A DNA stretch of 64,000 nucleotides. It comes from Acidobacteriota bacterium. Lineage in GTDB: Bacteria > Acidobacteriota > Thermoanaerobaculia > UBA5066 > Gp7-AA6. A model generated the notes under the pieces. The model was not told where the DNA came from, ran no database searches, and saw only the letters and a program-made list of their open reading frames with translations. Location: positions 15,844 to 79,843 of the forward strand of contig JBLMXY010000024.1 in assembly GCA_050257975.1 (NCBI GenBank), written 5' to 3'. The position numbers and the translations under genes are program-made. This document shows positions 10,663-19,787 of this stretch, one piece after another. Numbering within the stretch: the stretch's first letter is position 1; every line of letters begins with the position of its first letter.

Positions 10663-12120
10663 CTATTGGCGTCCCGAAAGCACCGTCTTCTCGACGTCCG
10701 CGATCTCCCGCGGCGCCGAGCAGGAAAGGCATTCGGACCCGTCCCGGGTCACCAGGATCGTGTCCTCGATGCGCACGCCGATGTTCCACCACTTCGGATC
10801 GACGCCCGGTGCGTTCGACGGCACGTAGATGCCCGGCTCGATCGTGAAGACCATCCCCGGCTCGAGGACGCGGGAGGAGCCGCCGACCTCGTCGCGGCCC
10901 CGGTCGTGCACGTCGAGGCCAACCCAGTGCGAGACGCCGTGCAGCGTAAAGCGGCGGTAAGCCCTCTCCTTGAGGATCCTGTCGGCGTCTCCCGAGAGGA
11001 GCCCCAGCCGGAGGAGTCCCTCCGTCTGGACGCGCGCGCACTTCTCCTCGATCTCGCCGTGCCGCGCCCCCGGCTTCACCAAGGCGAGCGCCTGCTTCTG
11101 CGCGTCGAGAACGATCTCGTAGATCGCCCGCTGCTCGGCGGAAAACCGGCCGCTGACCGGGTAGGTCCGCGTGATGTCGGTCGCGTAATAGCCGTACTCG
11201 GCACCGGAGTCGTTGAGCACGACCTCGCCCGCCTCCATGCGCCGGTTGTTCTTGTCCCAGTGGAGGAAAACGCTGTCGGGCCCCGAGCCGACGATCGACG
11301 GATACGCCATCCGGCGGGCGCCGTTGGCGAAGCAGTAGCCCTCCAGGGCCTGCTGGATCTCGAACTCCCATTTTCCGGGCGCGGCGGCCTTCATCGCCAG
11401 GACGTGCCCCTGCGCGCTGATCTCGGCGGCGCGGCGCAGCATCCGGATCTCCTCCTCGTCCTTGACCAGGCGCATCCCGTGGAGGATTTCGCCCGCGTCC
11501 GCCACCGCCGCCGGGCCCGCGTCCCGGTCGCGAACGCTCCGATACGCGGCGCGAAACTTCTCGGCCCAGGCGCGGTCGTTGCCGTCGGAAAGCTCGAGCC
11601 GCTCGGCCTCCGCGAGATAGCCCGAGAAGCGGTAGGTGACCGGATCCCAGCTCGCGAGCCGGCTCGACAGCTCCGAGTCCGCGAAGGCGGCGTCGGCGCC
11701 GTACCGCGCGGCGGCGCCCTGCGGGCCGGGGCGCGGGCCCTCGTAGGACTCTCGCCGCGGGTCGCGGGGACGCACGAAGAGCACGTAGCGCTTGCCATCG
11801 GCCGGCTCGTTGCGCAGCACCGCCGTGGTGTCCGGCTCCTCGATGCCCGTCAGGTAGTAGAAGTCCGAGTCCTGCCGATAGAGGTACGCGGTGTCGTGGG
11901 ACATCACGCGCTCGGGTGCCGAATGGAGAACCGCGACGGACCGGGCCGGCAGCCTGGCCAGGAAGCGTTCGCGCCGGGCGCGCAGGACTTCGGGCGAGGG
12001 GGTCGGCGCAAGCTCCACGGCGAGCCAGGGCGGCGCGAGGGCGAGCAAGAGGGCGGCGAGAAGCGGCGCTCTCGTCCCGCGTCTCCTCTGGAGGAGGAAG
12101 CGGCCTCGACCGGACGCCAT
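10663..12120 (-). CDS. pepP: Xaa-Pro aminopeptidase (M24B), secreted
   Basis: This is the last 485 aa of track ORF 10663..14025(-), starting at MASGRGRFLL (ATG 12120) with a signal peptide. It has the AMP_N domain and the M24 metal ligands region (HGVSHWVGLDVHD, EPGIYV, IEDTILV). Confidence 0.9.
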   Translation of the reverse strand: MASGRGRFLLQRRRGTRAPLLAALLLALAPPWLAVELAPTPSPEVLRARRERFLARLPARSVAVLHSAPERVMSHDTAYLYRQDSDFYYLTGIEEPDTTAVLRNEPADGKRYVLFVRPRDPRRESYEGPRPGPQGAAARYGADAAFADSELSSRLASWDPVTYRFSGYLAEAERLELSDGNDRAWAEKFRAAYRSVRDRDAGPAAVADAGEILHGMRLVKDEEEIRMLRRAAEISAQGHVLAMKAAAPGKWEFEIQQALEGYCFANGARRMAYPSIVGSGPDSVFLHWDKNNRRMEAGEVVLNDSGAEYGYYATDITRTYPVSGRFSAEQRAIYEIVLDAQKQALALVKPGARHGEIEEKCARVQTEGLLRLGLLSGDADRILKERAYRRFTLHGVSHWVGLDVHDRGRDEVGGSSRVLEPGMVFTIEPGIYVPSNAPGVDPKWWNIGVRIEDTILVTRDGSECLSCSAPREIADVEKTVLSGRQ

Positions 12121-12122
12121 CG

Positions 12123-13697
12123 TCACCTCTTGGAAATGAAGGACCAGGGGGCCGTCTCGCCCTTGGGCGGCACCGACTCCGGGCGCACGACGGACGCGAT
12201 CCGGCCGCGGTGCCGCTTGACCAGAACGCGCACCGGCGTCCCCGCGGCCGCCTCTTCCAGGATGTCGGCGCCCGACTCGTCCATCTTGGCGAGATAGGCC
12301 TCCCAGACCGCTTCGGAAAGCGACATGCCCCGGAACTCCACGCTGCCCATCCGCTCGAACGCCCGCTGCAGAAAAGCGAGCTTGTCCTTGATGGACTCCT
12401 CCGGCGCGAGCGCTTCGTCCTCGTAGGGCGTGTGGGGCTTCGGGATGAAGGCGTTGACCGAAGCCACCAGCTTCGCGACCCGGCCGAAGGCGCGGCCTTC
12501 CGCGACCGCGATCTCCCGGAGGTCGGCGACCGTTCGGACGATGTCCTCGACATCCGCGTCGGTCTCCGTCGGGAGCCCCACCTGGAGGTAGAGCTTCAGG
12601 CGCGTGAAGCCGCGCGCGAACACGAGGCGCGCCTTTTCGCGCAGCATCGCGTCGGACACCTTCTTGTTGACGTGGCGCCGCAGCCGCTCGTTGCCGGCTT
12701 CCGGCGCGATCGCGAGGGACTTCTCGCCTTGCCGCGCCAGGACCTCGAGAATCGGATCCTCGATCGCGTCGATCTTGATCGAGGAGAGGGCGATGTGGTA
12801 GCCGAGTTCCGAGAGCCCCTGCAGGATCGGCGTGATCTCCGGATGGTCGCACACGGCGGTCGCGATCAGGCCCGCGCGGCCGGTCATGGGCCTCGCCTGC
12901 CGGGCGACGTTCAGGATCGACGCCGCCGGATACTGCTTGATCGGCGCCATGGCGTAAGCGGCCCAGCAGAAGCGGCACATCTCGGTGCAGCCGCGGGAAA
13001 TCTCGATCAGGAGCTTGTCGGCCAGCTCCGTGCGCGGCGTCAGGATCGTCGTGTGCGGCACCTCGAAACCGGCCCCGATCTCCGCGCGCGACATCGGCTG
13101 CTGGATCACGACCTTCCCGCGGTCGGCGGCTTCGGCGCGCGGCCCCTGCACGCCCGGAACGAAGAAGCCCGGAAGCTCCGCGGCGGATTGCAGGAACGCG
13201 TCGCGGGAGAAGCCCGACTTGAGGAGCTCGGCGATCCGCGGAACCAGCCGCTCGCCGTCCCCCAGCGCGAAGATGTCCACGAACGGCGAGAGGGCCGCCG
13301 GGTTCATGCGCGCGACGTCGCCCCCGACCAGCAGCAGCGGATGGCGCTCGTCGCGCTCGGCGCGGCGCAGCGGAATGCCCGCCGCGGCGAGAGCCTTGAG
13401 GATGTTGACCGCGTCCATCTCCCAGGACAGCGACCAGGCGAGCAGGCCGAAATCGGAGAGCGGCGCGCCGGACTCGAAGGACACCGCCGGCTCTCCCTCC
13501 TCGTGGAAAAAGCGCTCGCAGACGAGGTCGGGCACGCGGTTGAAGAGCCGGTAGACCCACTGAAAGCCGAGGTTGGACATCCCGACTTCGTAGGAATTGG
13601 GGAAACCGAGCGCGATCCGGTAGGCCCCGAAGCGTTTGGGCTCCTCGGTGAAGCGCTCGAGTCGGGCGAGCTCCCGGTTCCTGGACGTCGGACGCAT
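12123..13697 (-). CDS. B12-binding-domain radical SAM protein
   Basis: 524 aa with the CxxxCxxC cluster motif (GCTEMCRFC) preceded by a Rossmann-like B12-binding-type N-domain. Confidence 0.85.
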   Translation of the reverse strand: MRPTSRNRELARLERFTEEPKRFGAYRIALGFPNSYEVGMSNLGFQWVYRLFNRVPDLVCERFFHEEGEPAVSFESGAPLSDFGLLAWSLSWEMDAVNILKALAAAGIPLRRAERDERHPLLLVGGDVARMNPAALSPFVDIFALGDGERLVPRIAELLKSGFSRDAFLQSAAELPGFFVPGVQGPRAEAADRGKVVIQQPMSRAEIGAGFEVPHTTILTPRTELADKLLIEISRGCTEMCRFCWAAYAMAPIKQYPAASILNVARQARPMTGRAGLIATAVCDHPEITPILQGLSELGYHIALSSIKIDAIEDPILEVLARQGEKSLAIAPEAGNERLRRHVNKKVSDAMLREKARLVFARGFTRLKLYLQVGLPTETDADVEDIVRTVADLREIAVAEGRAFGRVAKLVASVNAFIPKPHTPYEDEALAPEESIKDKLAFLQRAFERMGSVEFRGMSLSEAVWEAYLAKMDESGADILEEAAAGTPVRVLVKRHRGRIASVVRPESVPPKGETAPWSFISKR

Positions 13698-13711
13698 GGG
13701 CGAACCGGCAA

Positions 13712-14896
13712 TTATAGGGGGGAACCTTCGCGGTCCGCCGGCTCTCGGCCGCGCCGACCCAGCCGCACGGCAAACACCCAGTCCGCGACGTTGGTACCCG
13801 TCGGGCCCGTGACCAGCAGGTCCGAGAGTCGCGCGAAGAAAGGCTCCGTCTCGTGGCGTCGAAAGGCCTCTTCGAAATCGAGGCCGCGGCGGCGCGCCCG
13901 AGCGATCGTCTGCCCGTCGGCAAAGGCGCCGGTCGCGCGCGAGCTGCCGTCGCGGCCATCGGAGCCGGCCGCGAGAAGCAGAAGGCCCTTCTCGCCCTCC
14001 ATCTGCCGCGCCGCGCCGAGGGCAAGCTCGAGATTGCGCCCCCCGCGGCCGGGACGGGACGGAAGGGCGACGGTCGTCTCGCCTCCGGCCAGAAGGACCT
14101 CGCCGGGAGAGAGCTTCCTGGCGCGCTGCGCGAGCCTCGCCCCCGCCTCGCGCGCCTCGCCGGAGAGCCTCCGCAGGGCGATTCGGGGGGAGAATCCCAG
14201 GCGGCGGGCTTCCCGCGCGGCGGCCTCGAGCCCCATCGCGTTGGTGCCGACGAGGCGAACCAGGTCGCCCCGGCGTCCGCGGATCGTGGGGCCCGAGCCC
14301 ACCAGGCCGGGCCGATCCCCCGGCACGTCGGAAATCACGAGGGTGACGAGCCGGGCCCTGGTGGCGCGGCCGAGAGCGCCGCCCTTCACGGACGACAGCG
14401 AGGTGCGCAGCCGGTTGATCTCCAGAATCGAAGCGCCGGAGCGCGCCAGCCGCGCCACGGCGCGCCGCTTCTGCCCGAGCGTCACGCCCGGCCGGGGAAG
14501 GGCGAGAAGGGACGAGGCCCCGCCCGACACGAGGCAGAGGAGGAGATCCTCCCTGCCGAAGGTTCGAAAGAATGCGAGCGCACGCCGGGCGGCGGAAACG
14601 CTCGAGCCGTCGGGCTGGGGGTGCGACGAGAGAACCGTCCCGACGCCCGGCGCGCGAACGCGGCCTGATCCCCGGGGCAGGACGGCGAGACCCCGCCGGT
14701 ACCGGCCGAGCGCCCCGCGGAGCATGCCCGCCGCGGCCTTGCCCACGGCGAAAACGCCGACCTCCCGCGCCTGCTCCAGCGCCCGCGTGATCTTGCGATC
14801 GCGCAGCGCCTCGGCCACGCGGCGCTCCGGATCCACCCCTTCCAGCGCCGCCCGGTAGAGACGCCGCGCCACCGTTCGTCCCAGCCCCGCGTTCAT
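13712..14896 (-). CDS. Glycerate 2-kinase / hydroxypyruvate reductase family (DUF4147 plus MOFRL)
   Basis: 394 aa with VFAVGKAAAGM, CLVSGGASSLL and C-terminal MOFRL-like LLAAGSDGRDG...TGPTGTNVAD. Confidence 0.85.
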   Translation of the reverse strand: MNAGLGRTVARRLYRAALEGVDPERRVAEALRDRKITRALEQAREVGVFAVGKAAAGMLRGALGRYRRGLAVLPRGSGRVRAPGVGTVLSSHPQPDGSSVSAARRALAFFRTFGREDLLLCLVSGGASSLLALPRPGVTLGQKRRAVARLARSGASILEINRLRTSLSSVKGGALGRATRARLVTLVISDVPGDRPGLVGSGPTIRGRRGDLVRLVGTNAMGLEAAAREARRLGFSPRIALRRLSGEAREAGARLAQRARKLSPGEVLLAGGETTVALPSRPGRGGRNLELALGAARQMEGEKGLLLLAAGSDGRDGSSRATGAFADGQTIARARRRGLDFEEAFRRHETEPFFARLSDLLVTGPTGTNVADWVFAVRLGRRGREPADREGSPL

Positions 14897-14978
14897 CTGC
14901 CGTTCACCATCCTGACGTATATGATCGCCGCCGCGGAGAGTCGGCCGAAAGCGGCCCTATACAAGAGGAGGTCGTTCG

Positions 14979-15326
14979 ATGAGGAAGACTACGTCTCGAA
15001 TCGTGATTGCGGTCTTGTTCGTGGCCGTCGCGAGCTTCGTGTTCGCGGCCGACATGGGCTCCTGGACGGGCTGGGTGACGGACACGTTGTGCGGGGCCAA
15101 GGGCGCCAGCGCCAGCCACGCGGCGTGCGCCGAGAAGTGCGTCAAGGAGAAAGGCGCCAAGTACGCCCTCTACAACGAGGCCGACAAGAGCGTCTGGGTT
15201 CTCTCGGATCAGGAAGGCGCCGCGAAGATGGCGGGCAAGATGGTGACGGTGAAGGGAACGGCCGACAAGGAGAAGAAGACGATCACGGTTTCCTCGATGG
15301 AGCCGGCCAGCCCCCACAAGATGTAA
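14979..15326 (+). CDS. Small secreted protein (hypothetical)
   Basis: 115 aa with a signal peptide (IVIAVLFVAVASFVFAA), AGGAGG 7 nt upstream, high GC3, and a clean terminator after it. Confidence 0.7.
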   Translation: MRKTTSRIVIAVLFVAVASFVFAADMGSWTGWVTDTLCGAKGASASHAACAEKCVKEKGAKYALYNEADKSVWVLSDQEGAAKMAGKMVTVKGTADKEKKTITVSSMEPASPHKM

Positions 15327-15352
15327 CGCGAGCGAACTCATCGCTCGAATCG

Positions 15353-15386
15353 AAAGGCCCCGGCTCGCCGGGGCCTTTCCTTTTTC
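15353..15386 (+). terminator. Rho-independent terminator
   Basis: AAAGGCCCCGG-ctcg-CCGGGGCCTTT (11-bp perfect stem) followed by CCTTTTTC. Confidence 0.85.
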
Positions 15387-15463
15387 GGGATCGAGACGGC
15401 CGACCCTCGCCGCGCGCGATCTGTCAGAATAGGCGGCTCCGGGGCGGTCCCCGGCAACGTGTC

Positions 15464-16480
15464 ATGAGCGCCAACCCCTCTGCGACCCCGACCCGGCCCG
15501 ACGAATACCCGCCTGCGGGCGGGGAGCACCATTGGGCGAAGGCCTCGCGGCCGCTGCGCCACCGCCTGACGCAGGCGGTGCCCCACGAGATCTTGAAGGA
15601 TCTTCACCGCAAGAGCCCGGCGCGGCACTTCGCCATCGCGATCCGCCAGTTCCTGCTGATCGCCGCGGCCTCCCTGATCTCCTGGAAGTTCCCCCAACCC
15701 TGGATCTGGATCCCGTCCGCCCTCGCGGCCGGATGGACGGCCTTCAACTTCACGGTGCTGCTCCACGAGGTCGTCCACCGGGCGGTCTGGAACGGGCCGC
15801 GGCCGCGCGCCGAGAGGCTGCTCGGGATTCTCTACGCGATCCCTTCCGGGATCTCGGCGCTGCAGTTCACGCGCTGGCACCTGACGCACCATGCCGAGCT
15901 GGGCGACGAGGAGGCCGACCCCAAGCGCCACTACCTCTCCCCGAAGATCAACAAGGCGTGGTACAAGCTGCTCTACTTCACGCCCGCGCTCTTCCCGATC
16001 TACTTCCGCGCGGCCCGCAAGGAGACCGCAAATTACCCGCCCGCTCTCCAGAAGCGAATCGCCCGCGAGCGGCTCGCGACGATCGCCATGCATCTGGCGG
16101 CGATGGCCTTGCTCTACCTCCTCGGCGGCTTCGGCGTGCTCGCGCGCGTCTACCTGGTGCCCTACTTCCTCGTCTTCCCGATCGCCTTCGCCTTGAACCG
16201 GCTCGGCCAGCACTACGCGATCGACCCGCAGGACCCCGCCAAGTGGGGCACGGTGATGAAGCCCTCCCGCTTCTGGGACTTCTGGTACCTCTACTCGGCC
16301 TACCACCTCGAGCACCACTACTTCACTGCCGTCCCGCTCTACAACCTGCGCCGCCTCCATTTCGCGCTGCGCCCCTTCTTCGACGAGATCGGCTGGAAGC
16401 CGGTGACCTACCGGCGCCTTCTCTACGGCTGGATCGTCGAGAACAAGGCGCCGCACACCGACTGGCACCTGGAAGGGTAG
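15464..16480 (+). CDS. Membrane fatty acid desaturase
   Basis: 338 aa from the ATG at 15464, within track ORF 14921..16480. It has three His boxes (HEVVH, HLTHH, HLEHH) and TM segments. Confidence 0.9.
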   Translation: MSANPSATPTRPDEYPPAGGEHHWAKASRPLRHRLTQAVPHEILKDLHRKSPARHFAIAIRQFLLIAAASLISWKFPQPWIWIPSALAAGWTAFNFTVLLHEVVHRAVWNGPRPRAERLLGILYAIPSGISALQFTRWHLTHHAELGDEEADPKRHYLSPKINKAWYKLLYFTPALFPIYFRAARKETANYPPALQKRIARERLATIAMHLAAMALLYLLGGFGVLARVYLVPYFLVFPIAFALNRLGQHYAIDPQDPAKWGTVMKPSRFWDFWYLYSAYHLEHHYFTAVPLYNLRRLHFALRPFFDEIGWKPVTYRRLLYGWIVENKAPHTDWHLEG

Positions 16481-16483
16481 TTG

Positions 16484-16527
16484 TCAGTCAGGTGTCAGTA
16501 GTCAGTTGTCAGTGGCCAGTGGTCAGC
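16484..16527. repeat. Heptamer repeat element, copy C (half element, one arm only)
   Basis: GTCAGTC..TCAGTAG TCAGTTG TCAGTGG CCAGTGG TCAGCGC is a direct heptamer run with no inverted arm. It fills the gap between the convergent stop codons at 16480 and 16523. Confidence 0.75.
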
Positions 16528-17041
16528 GCGCCCTTCGGAGAATCTCCTCCAGGGCTCTGACGTCTCCCCTCTCGCTCGCGGTTTCCCCCGCCCGGTTGTA
16601 GACCGTTTGCCCGCGGCGGTCGAGAAACGTGACGTGCGGGATGTAGCCGCCGAAGAAGCGGGAGACGAGCGCGCGCTGATCGGGCGACGGATGGTCGAGG
16701 TCGACGACCAGGAACCGCGCCTCCCCGCCGTGGCGGCGGTAGAGCTGGACGAACCGTTCCGCTTCGCGGTTGGTGTTCCAGCAGTGCGAGGTTCCAAAGA
16801 AGATGGCCGTCGGGCGGTCCGAGGCGATTCGGCCGTCGGAGAGGCTCTCGCCCCGGATCGGGAAGTTGCTGCTCGAGTCGTCGGTGAAGGAAAGGCCCGG
16901 GGCCAGGGTCAGGTTCATGGCGCCGCCCGGGCCGGCGGGCGCCACGGGGACGCCGCCGGCCGGGGGCCTGTCGCTCGCCACCAGAACTCCCAGGGCGAGA
17001 ACCGAAAGCAGAGCCGTCACGAGAGCCGGGATCTTCGTCAT
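16523..17041 (-). CDS. Secreted thioredoxin-fold protein (degenerate CxxC)
   Basis: 172 aa with a signal peptide and a TlpA/thioredoxin-like core, but with SHCWNT in place of WCxxC. Confidence 0.7.
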   Translation of the reverse strand: MTKIPALVTALLSVLALGVLVASDRPPAGGVPVAPAGPGGAMNLTLAPGLSFTDDSSSNFPIRGESLSDGRIASDRPTAIFFGTSHCWNTNREAERFVQLYRRHGGEARFLVVDLDHPSPDQRALVSRFFGGYIPHVTFLDRRGQTVYNRAGETASERGDVRALEEILRRAR

Positions 17042-17147
17042 GGCCTGATCTACGGCGCCCTGCGGCCGGCCGGTTCCGGCCTTCAGGATGTCTTGAGCCT
17101 TTTCCCCCCGACGCGGGCGCCGCCGGTTTCCGTATGATCAGGGCGGC

Positions 17148-18287
17148 TTGGAAGACACGGAAGACATCAACCGGCTCATCCGCGAGCTGAACACCGGCGT
17201 CCGGGCGGGCGTCGAGGCCGATGCGACCCGGCTCACGAGATGGCTCGCGGCCCTGACCGAGCGGGCCGGCAGCGACCTGCTTCTCGTGGCCGGCGCGCCC
17301 CCGTCGATTCGGGTCGACGGCGCGGTCCTTCCTCTCCCGGACGGGCCCCTTTCCGGCGACGAGATCGAGGAGGCGGTCCTGCCGGCCTTGAGCCCCTCGC
17401 TGCAGGCGCGCTTTGCCCGGGGGGAGATCGCCGACGGGTCCTACAAGGCGGCCGGGCTCGGCCGCTTCCGGGTCAACCTGCACCGCGAGCGCGGCCGGGC
17501 GGCCGCCGCGGTTCGCGCGCTGCCCGCAAAGCCCCCGCGCCTCGCCTCGCTCGGGCTTCCTCCCGGCGCCGAGGCGCTCACGAGGCTGCCGAGGGGCCTG
17601 GTTCTCATCGGGGGACCGACGGGCTCCGGCAAGACCACGACGCTCGCGGCGCTCGTCGAGGAGATCAACCTGCGCGAGGCTCGGCACATCGTCACGATCG
17701 AGGACCCGATCGAGTACGAGCACGCGCACAAGAAGAGCCTCGTCGAGCAGGTGGAGATCGGGGTCGACGCCCCGGACTTCCCGACCGCGCTGCGGGCGGC
17801 CGTGCGCCAGGCGCCCGACGTCATCGTCGTCGGCGAGATGCGCGACCCCGAGACGATGCGCATCGCGCTCGCGGCGGCCGAGACGGGCCACCTGGTCTTC
17901 TCGACCGTGCACACCGCGGACGTCGCTTCCGCCGTTTCGCGCGTGGCCGATTCGTTTCCGCCCGAGCGCCAGCCCACCATCCGTCAGGAGCTTTCGATGG
18001 CGCTCGCCGCGGTGCTGACCCAGACGCTCTTGCCCCGCAAGGGCGGCGGCCGGGCCGCGGCGGCGGAGCTTCTGCTTGTCGGCTACGGCGCGCGGCAGCA
18101 CATCCGAAAGAACGCCCTCCAGCACCTCCACCAGGAAATCACGCTCACCCGGCGCCAGGGGTCGGCGACCCTCGAGGAGTCGCTCGCGCGCCTCGCGCGG
18201 GAGGGCGTCGTCGAGACGGAGGAGGCACGCTCCCGCGCCTCCCACCCCGAGGACTTCGAAACGGCTCTGCGGGCCGCGCCGGGATAG
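17148..18287 (+). CDS. pilT: Type IV pilus retraction ATPase PilT family
   Basis: 379 aa with Walker A GPTGSGKTTT, Asp box, Walker B VIVVGEMRD and His box (TGHLVFSTVHT). TTG start. Confidence 0.9.
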   Translation: MEDTEDINRLIRELNTGVRAGVEADATRLTRWLAALTERAGSDLLLVAGAPPSIRVDGAVLPLPDGPLSGDEIEEAVLPALSPSLQARFARGEIADGSYKAAGLGRFRVNLHRERGRAAAAVRALPAKPPRLASLGLPPGAEALTRLPRGLVLIGGPTGSGKTTTLAALVEEINLREARHIVTIEDPIEYEHAHKKSLVEQVEIGVDAPDFPTALRAAVRQAPDVIVVGEMRDPETMRIALAAAETGHLVFSTVHTADVASAVSRVADSFPPERQPTIRQELSMALAAVLTQTLLPRKGGGRAAAAELLLVGYGARQHIRKNALQHLHQEITLTRRQGSATLEESLARLAREGVVETEEARSRASHPEDFETALRAAPG

Positions 18288-18296
18288 GGGCGCGGC

Positions 18297-19112
18297 CTGC
18301 TTTCCCTGCTCGCCCTCGCGCTCCAGGCCGCCAGTCCCGCTCCCGCCGCGCCGGCCCCGGCCCCGACACCGGCGACGATCGAAGCCGCCGAGCTCGGCTC
18401 CGTCCGCGCCGAAGTCTCCTGCGAGCCCGCGCGCGACCGCGCGGCCTTCTGCGCGCCCCGGCGCCTGACGATCGCCCGCGAGGGATCGCCGGCCTTCCAG
18501 GAGAGCTTCACCGGCGAAAGCGCCTTCCTCGCGCGAAGAGAGGGCGGGCGCAAGCCGCTCGAGGTCCTGGACCTGAACGGCGACGGCGAGCCGGAGGTCC
18601 TCTTGAATCTCTACTCCGGGGGCGCCCACTGCTGCGACTCGACACGGTTCTACTTCTTCGTGAAGGAGCCTCCCCACTACGGCTCGTTCCTTCACGACTG
18701 GGGCAACCCCGGCTACCGCCTCGAAGACCTCGACCGGGACGGAAAGGTCGAGCTCATCACGGGGGACGACCGCTTCGCCTACGCCTTCACCTCCTACGCC
18801 GCGTCGCGCCTGCCGCCTCGCGTCTGGCGCTACGCGGACGGAGGGCTCGTGGAGGTCACGCGCTCGTTTCCTTCCCTTCTCGAGGAAGACGGCGCGAGCT
18901 GCTGGAAGGCCTTCCTGGAAGGGTCGCCCGGAGATCCGACCGGCGACCGGACGCGGGGGCTTGCCGCGGCCTACCTCGCCGATGAGTGCCTGCTCGCGCG
19001 CTGCTCCGAAGGCTGGCGGAGCCTGATCGAGGGCTACAAGAAGCCCGATCGCAAGAAATTCTTCGCCGGGCTGAAGGAGCTTCTCGCGAAAGCCGGCTAC
19101 ACGTCTCGCTAG
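18297..19112 (+). CDS. Secreted hypothetical protein with two DxDGDG (FG-GAP/VCBS-like) motifs; start codon unresolved
   Basis: High-GC3 coding signal runs from just after the pilT TAG (same frame) to 19112. The N-terminus LLSLLALALQAAS looks like a signal peptide. Motifs are DLNGDGEPEV and DLDRDGKVEL. The first canonical start in frame is the TTG at 18603, so the CTG at 18297 is proposed. Confidence 0.5.
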   Translation: MLSLLALALQAASPAPAAPAPAPTPATIEAAELGSVRAEVSCEPARDRAAFCAPRRLTIAREGSPAFQESFTGESAFLARREGGRKPLEVLDLNGDGEPEVLLNLYSGGAHCCDSTRFYFFVKEPPHYGSFLHDWGNPGYRLEDLDRDGKVELITGDDRFAYAFTSYAASRLPPRVWRYADGGLVEVTRSFPSLLEEDGASCWKAFLEGSPGDPTGDRTRGLAAAYLADECLLARCSEGWRSLIEGYKKPDRKKFFAGLKELLAKAGYTSR

Positions 19113-19133
19113 CGTGGCGCGGAGCGCGCTCCG

Positions 19134-19787
19134 TTACGGAAACGCGATGCCAAGCCCGAAGAGACCGTGAAAGGCGACGTTGGACGTGCTGGCCTTGCCG
19201 CCCTCGACCGAGACCTTCGCGTGGGCGTAGGTCACCTTTCCCTCGAGCGCGCCGAAGAAGTGGCGCGTGAAGGGAAAGCGTCTGCCGACTCCGACCTGGA
19301 GCGCCGGGCCGGCGAGCTCGTACGAACCGGAGTCCCGCAGTCCCCGCACGGCGCTCTCCGTGTGCGCCACCAGGGCGCCGGCTCCGGCCCGGAACACCCA
19401 GCCGCTTCGGATCCAGGTCCGTTGCAGGGTCACCATGTTGAAGCCGTGCGTGATCTCGAACCGGGCGACCTCGGGGGTCGGGTTGTCGAGATAGATCTTG
19501 TGGTGCAGAAGCTCGAGCTCCCAGCCTCCCCGCGGACCGGACCGCCCCGCGCGCACGTTCCAGTAGAAGGGAGAGGTGAAGGGCCGCGTCGCCCAGCGCG
19601 CCGGCACCTCGAGCCCGGGCTGTCCCTCCTGGCGCACCGTGAGCGTCGTGTTCACGTTGGCGGCGGACCCTCCGAAGGCTTCCAACGTCCAGCGCGCGTC
19701 CTCCGCCCTGGCCAGGAAGGCCGCGCCGATCGTCCCGGCCGCGCAGGTCGCGGCGAGCCTCGCGGCCGCTCGGAGGCCGGAACGCAT
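19134..19787 (-). CDS. Small outer-membrane beta-barrel protein (hypothetical)
   Basis: 217 aa from the ATG at 19787, overlapping the permease stop. It has a signal peptide, alternating beta-strand pattern and an aromatic-rich C-terminus (FHGLFGLGIAFP). Confidence 0.6.
   Translation of the reverse strand: MRSGLRAAARLAATCAAGTIGAAFLARAEDARWTLEAFGGSAANVNTTLTVRQEGQPGLEVPARWATRPFTSPFYWNVRAGRSGPRGGWELELLHHKIYLDNPTPEVARFEITHGFNMVTLQRTWIRSGWVFRAGAGALVAHTESAVRGLRDSGSYELAGPALQVGVGRRFPFTRHFFGALEGKVTYAHAKVSVEGGKASTSNVAFHGLFGLGIAFP

Noticed and set aside
10663-14025. Single 1120-aa minus-strand ORF
   Set aside because: Only the last 485 aa (from ATG 12120) are a real protein (pepP). The upstream two-thirds is an out-of-frame overlap of the radical SAM and glycerate kinase genes, with Arg/Pro/Gly-rich junk sequence.
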